Of a stretch of 64,000 nt of DNA, positions 60,364 through 64,000 are shown piece by piece; position 1 is the stretch's first letter; each line of letters starts with the position of its first letter. The notes under the pieces are model-generated. The model had not been told where the DNA came from. It was given only the letters and a program-made list of their open reading frames with translations, and did no database searches. This stretch comes from an uncultured virus (IMG/VR IMGVR_UViG_3300027396_000015) (taxonomy: Duplodnaviria; Heunggongvirae; Uroviricota; Caudoviricetes): the IMG/VR virus record IMGVR_UViG_3300027396_000015; one strand, written 5' to 3'. The translations under genes were made by a program, and so were the position numbers.

Positions 60364-60800
60364 TGGCTAGCGCAGGCTAAATTCGTGCGCTCTATACCTG
60401 GACCTCGGGTCGCAGGGACGGAATTCTCTTGCCGTTAAGAGTACTCAGCAACTATCCTTAACAGGACGAGGATCGCAAATTGCCGCGGTTTTGCTGTTTT
60501 AAGAAGAAAAGGCTCAAGGAGAGGAGAAAAACCTCACGTAAGCAAGTATGATAGCGTATATTTGTTTACCGCCGTTGTGATAAGACGGAGCTCGTGGTAC
60601 CGGACAACCGCCACTGTAATGCTCTAACGCTGTGTGACATTGTGCAACTCGGATAATGTTTTTAACTTTGCCCTGTGCGGGCGAAGTGTGACTGAACAAT
60701 CTGGATAATGCTAAAGTGCTTCGCACTTAATAATGCTCTATAATTAAAATAAAACAAATAGTTCGAGCGAAGCGATGAACAGATGAACGCAGTGAATCTT
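60364..60800 (+). ncRNA. Putative structured non-coding RNA and/or replication origin
   Basis: No credible ORF; more GC-rich than flanks; at least 10 stems visible, several with G-U pairs on the + strand. Confidence 0.5.
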
Positions 60801-60806
60801 GAAGTA

Positions 60807-61043
60807 TTAGAAAAAGGGTAATCCTGATTTCTTAGTAGTTTCTAAATTCTCTTTGATAATATTCGATATGATTTCACGATCTTCATAGGATAATGCAAAT
60901 GCGTCATCTATGGTGATGCTACCTCTCATATACCAGCACAATTTAAACAATTCGGTTCTTATGGACTTTGCTTCTTTATCTAGCCCCTCAACTACTCTTA
61001 GTGCGTCTTCGAGTGTTAGGCTGAAGAGCTTTACGCGAAAAAA
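60807..61043 (-). CDS. -1 frame extension (gp51-like / tail-assembly chaperone C-terminal part), missing from the ORF track
   Basis: Reads FRVKLFSLTLEDALRVVEGLDKEAKSIRTELFKLCWYMRGSITIDDAFALSYEDREIISNIIKENLETTKKSGLPFF*; entered by slippery T TTT TTC; only ATG is internal. Confidence 0.65.
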   Translation of the reverse strand, partial: FFRVKLFSLTLEDALRVVEGLDKEAKSIRTELFKLCWYMRGSITIDDAFALSYEDREIISNIIKENLETTKKSGLPFF

Positions 61044-61897
61044 TTTGAAGCGTCTAGTCCTATAGGAGTTTCAAATTCAGCAGGAGCACCTTGAGCTTGC
61101 TCTTCTGCTGTAGTTTGAATTTTAAACGACGGCATTTGAAACTTAATGCGTTGTTTTTCCAAGTGATCGATGATTTTAGTATAAAATTCTTTGTCAGCAT
61201 TATCGATAAACTCTTTAATAAATGCTGGATCACTTACTTCGCCTTCAGGCGTAACAACTTTGACTAATCCATTGGCCACTGATCTCATGGTAATTTCAGT
61301 TAATGCTTTAAAACTCTTATTAAATTGAGCAATCTTTTGTTCTTCTGTTAGTTCTTGACTGTTAACAATAGTAAAAATTCGTTGTTCTTCTAAACTTTTT
61401 AAAGAACTTTTAGTAAATTCTTCATAGGATAATGGACGTAAAAATGCAGTTAATTCATCATTAATTCGAACTTCTGGATCAAATGTAGCATCTAACAGTT
61501 TATCTAACGCTAATCGTAGGTCAGTAGTATACGTTTTTGTTTCTGATATGTTTGGAATAGCAATATCTACATCAATTTGTTCGCCATATGTTGCAATACG
61601 AATAGCAATTAATATAGCATCAATATCAATACTAGGAATTGCCCAGGCATTTTTAATATTAGGCATACAACTTTGAATAACATCAACAGTACTTTGACCA
61701 TTTAACAATGCGTCTGGTGTTTTAATAGAAATTTCATCTCTAGCAGTCATAGCATAAACTGGAAACTCCATATTTTGTGTAGGTTCTAACGTGCCTGGTG
61801 GATAAAAATTACCAGAACTAGGCAAACGAACATAGAGCTTCGGTTGTCTAAAGTACTTCTTCAACGGGTTTTGCGGTACTGCTACTTGATTTTCCAT
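61031..61897 (-). CDS. Baseplate hub assembly protein (T4 gp26-like)
   Basis: NPLKKYFRQPKLYVRLPSSG..Y, MTARDEI..KTPDALLNG, IDIDAILIAIRIATYG. Confidence 0.75.
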   Translation of the reverse strand: MENQVAVPQNPLKKYFRQPKLYVRLPSSGNFYPPGTLEPTQNMEFPVYAMTARDEISIKTPDALLNGQSTVDVIQSCMPNIKNAWAIPSIDIDAILIAIRIATYGEQIDVDIAIPNISETKTYTTDLRLALDKLLDATFDPEVRINDELTAFLRPLSYEEFTKSSLKSLEEQRIFTIVNSQELTEEQKIAQFNKSFKALTEITMRSVANGLVKVVTPEGEVSDPAFIKEFIDNADKEFYTKIIDHLEKQRIKFQMPSFKIQTTAEEQAQGAPAEFETPIGLDASNFFA

Positions 61898-61911
61898 GTG
61901 TTTTTACTCCA

Positions 61912-61946
61912 ACTAAATAATATACTGCTGTGTCATTATATTTATA
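61912..61946. promoter_or_regulatory. Pair of opposed late promoter boxes
   Basis: ACTAAATA (+, 61912-19) toward the tape-measure-like gene; perfect TATAAATA (-, 61939-46) toward the gp26-like gene. Confidence 0.6.
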
Positions 61947-61970
61947 TACGCAGTTTTTGACGGAAAAATT

Positions 61971-64000
61971 ATGTCAGTAAAAGCCATAGTTCCTGGAGTA
62001 GGAACAGTTATTGTAGAAAACGCTGCCGAAGACTCGACTCTTAGACAGATACTTGCGGCAATTAATAAAAGCGGAATACCTGCAGGCGGAAAACCTGGTG
62101 CCACGCCCGGCGGTGGCGGTGGCGCAGGAGACAATGATGCTCGGGCTGAGCAAATGCGAAAAGGTGCTGAAACTGAAAAAGAATATAAGGCACGAATGAA
62201 ACTAGCAGGAGATGCTGTATCTCTTGGTGCAGACTCATTTGCTAAAACATTTTCAAATACTACTCCTACAATTAAAGATTTTTCTGGTGTACTGGCACAA
62301 ATGCCCGGCGCAAACATCAAGGGCGTTAGCGATGTAGTTCAGCAATTTGGCGGAACATTAGAAGATCAAATACAAATTTTTAGAACACTAAGTGGATCTG
62401 GTATTGACTTAGGTGATTCATTGTTACAAGCACAACTATCAGCAGGTGAAGCAAGACTTCCTTTAGAAATTTTTGGAAAAACTGTAAAAGAAAACAGCCA
62501 ATCGCTGGCTATGGCGTTTGGATCTGCCACTGCTGGTGCTACTAAGTTTGCTGAAACACAAGGCAAGTTTATGGCACAGAGCGGTCAAAAATTTGCCGCG
62601 CTTGGATTTAGTATGGATGAACTAGCAACATATAATGCTAGTTACATGGAACAACAACAACGCAACGGTCGCTTGTCAAAGATGAGCACTGATGAAATTG
62701 TTGCAGGTCAAGAAAAATATAACGAAGAACTAGACAGACTATCAAAGGCAACAGGATTATCTAGACAACAGATAGATGAAGCCAATAAATCATCTCAACG
62801 TGATGCTAGAATGAAATTAGCATTAGGCAAATTAGATGCAGACCAACAGGCGGCAGTTAATGCTAAAATTAAACAGTTAGAACAACTAGATCCAACTGGT
62901 AAAATGGCCGCAGGCTTTAAAGATATTATTGCTGGCGGTGGTGTTGCTGTAACTGCTGAAGCAAGACAATTTGCATTGACAATGCAAAGTGCAGGCGTTG
63001 ATGCTAGTAAAATGGGCCGAGAAATTTTTAACGGATCTAAGTCTGCTGTCGACGATATGAACGCTGGATTTAGTAAAGCCGCCAAAGCCAGCGAAAATAT
63101 CAGCGAAGGCGAAAGAAGAACAGCCGCCGCAATGGCAACTATGGGTCAAATGACTCCAATGTTAGGTAAAGCAGTATTACAAGGCATGGGCGACTCGCAA
63201 AAAGCAGCCGCAATGGCCAAGGAAGAACAAGAAAAACGTCTGGCTGCATCTAAGACAGACCCAACAAGAGCAGTAGCAGGTTTAGATCAGACATTAACTA
63301 ATGTACAAAATTCATTTAAGAAGTCATTTATTGAAAGTGGCGTACTAGATTTAACCGCAACTGGATTAAAATCGGCGGCAAGTGGTGCAGAAGCAGCCGC
63401 TGAAAAATTTGCTAAGTTAGATCCAGCCGCAAGAATTCCAGTATTGTTTGGAGCCGCACTAGGTAAAGAGATTGCAGATGCTCTTATTAAGGCTGGTGTA
63501 GGTACTGCAATAGGTTATGCTGGTGCAAAAGCCGCTGGCATGGATTATAAAAAATATGAAGAAATGAAAAAAGGTGGCGGTGAACCTAAAGGTGGTGAAC
63601 CTAAAACTCCTAAAGGAGAACCAGTTAAGCCAGGAGCAGCCGCAGAAGCCGCAGAAGATGTTGCAAAAGCCGGAAAACTAGAAAAAATTGTTTCCACTAT
63701 AAAGAATCCATGGGCCTGGGCAATAGCAACAACAGCAGGATTAATCATTTATAAAGATGAAGTTGTTGATTTTCTAACTCCAGACTTTTTAAAGACAAAA
63801 ACAAATGCGGCCGCTAATGCACAAACGGAAAATACTAAAAATACAGTACCTGGTGCAGAAATACCAAAAGCAAATGCACCAAAACCTCCAGAGACAAATG
63901 CTGCCGAACCTGTAGCAAAGTTAAATCAAGAAGTTAATGCACTTAAAACGGCATTAAAGGATGTAGATTATTCAAAATTAATGTTCCCAGAGGCAGTGGG
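61971..64000 (+). CDS. Tape-measure-like / baseplate hub protein, 3'-truncated
   Basis: ORF from ATG 61971 (MSVKAIVPGVGTVIVENAAEDSTLRQIL...) runs off the window, so it is absent from the track; Ala/Gly/Gln-rich helical; next to the hub chaperone. Confidence 0.7.
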   Translation, partial: MSVKAIVPGVGTVIVENAAEDSTLRQILAAINKSGIPAGGKPGATPGGGGGAGDNDARAEQMRKGAETEKEYKARMKLAGDAVSLGADSFAKTFSNTTPTIKDFSGVLAQMPGANIKGVSDVVQQFGGTLEDQIQIFRTLSGSGIDLGDSLLQAQLSAGEARLPLEIFGKTVKENSQSLAMAFGSATAGATKFAETQGKFMAQSGQKFAALGFSMDELATYNASYMEQQQRNGRLSKMSTDEIVAGQEKYNEELDRLSKATGLSRQQIDEANKSSQRDARMKLALGKLDADQQAAVNAKIKQLEQLDPTGKMAAGFKDIIAGGGVAVTAEARQFALTMQSAGVDASKMGREIFNGSKSAVDDMNAGFSKAAKASENISEGERRTAAAMATMGQMTPMLGKAVLQGMGDSQKAAAMAKEEQEKRLAASKTDPTRAVAGLDQTLTNVQNSFKKSFIESGVLDLTATGLKSAASGAEAAAEKFAKLDPAARIPVLFGAALGKEIADALIKAGVGTAIGYAGAKAAGMDYKKYEEMKKGGGEPKGGEPKTPKGEPVKPGAAAEAAEDVAKAGKLEKIVSTIKNPWAWAIATTAGLIIYKDEVVDFLTPDFLKTKTNAAANAQTENTKNTVPGAEIPKANAPKPPETNAAEPVAKLNQEVNALKTALKDVDYSKLMFPEAV

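Noticed and set aside
60632..60710. Mini-CRISPR array
   Set aside because: Only two imperfect repeat copies, no cas genes, and the intervening sequence is itself a hairpin
60514..60726. 70-aa ORF on the - strand in the structured region
   Set aside because: No SD, atypical composition, overlaps stem-rich sequence; likely spurious
60364..60800. tmRNA, RNase P RNA, tRNA or group I/II intron identity for the structured region
   Set aside because: No tRNA-like ends or T-loop/CCA, no RNase P GAGGAAAGUCC core, no recognisable group I P7 or group II GUGYG/domain V motifs
63572..63625. GGEPK-GGEPK-TPKGEP repeat as a functional DNA repeat
   Set aside because: Short in-frame low-complexity protein linker
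61913..63748. Several - strand ORFs in the ORF track
   Set aside because: Antisense shadows of the long + strand tape-measure-like ORF starting at 61971
1..64000. tRNA/rRNA genes, integrase, transposase or alternative genetic code
   Set aside because: None recognised; long ORFs read cleanly in the standard code with tight ATGA coupling

Overview
A 64-kb segment of a large, AT-rich T4-like (Tevenvirinae-like) myophage genome. The + strand arm (1-26 kb) carries a PG-binding-domain protein, a DsbA-like DNA-binding protein, a family B DNA polymerase and a probable sliding clamp. An ~11.6-kb 7-deazaguanine DNA-modification region follows: a DpdA/TGT-like transglycosylase, FolE, QueE and a QueD-fold DpdL-like protein, interleaved with two dehydrogenases, a GT-B glycosyltransferase, a cupin, a PRTase, a HIT hydrolase and a 2OG-Fe(II) oxygenase, with no QueC/QueF in the window. 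Then come RNase H, a MoxR AAA+/VWA pair, DHFR and thymidylate synthase. A - strand tail fibre/baseplate block (26-56 kb, including a 4694-aa protein) is followed by gp55 late sigma, gp47/gp46, a small GIY-YIG nuclease with a ~440-nt highly structured non-coding region behind it, a gp26-like gene with an apparent programmed -1 frameshift, and the start of a tape-measure-like gene. Best novelty candidates: (1) a QueC-less deazaguanine pathway coupled to redox and glycosyltransferase enzymes (possible new glycosylated guanine base); (2) the GIY-YIG plus structured RNA/ori element; (3) the frameshift; (4) a twin-hairpin operator before the DNA polymerase. All calls come from motif recognition by eye; no searches were run.
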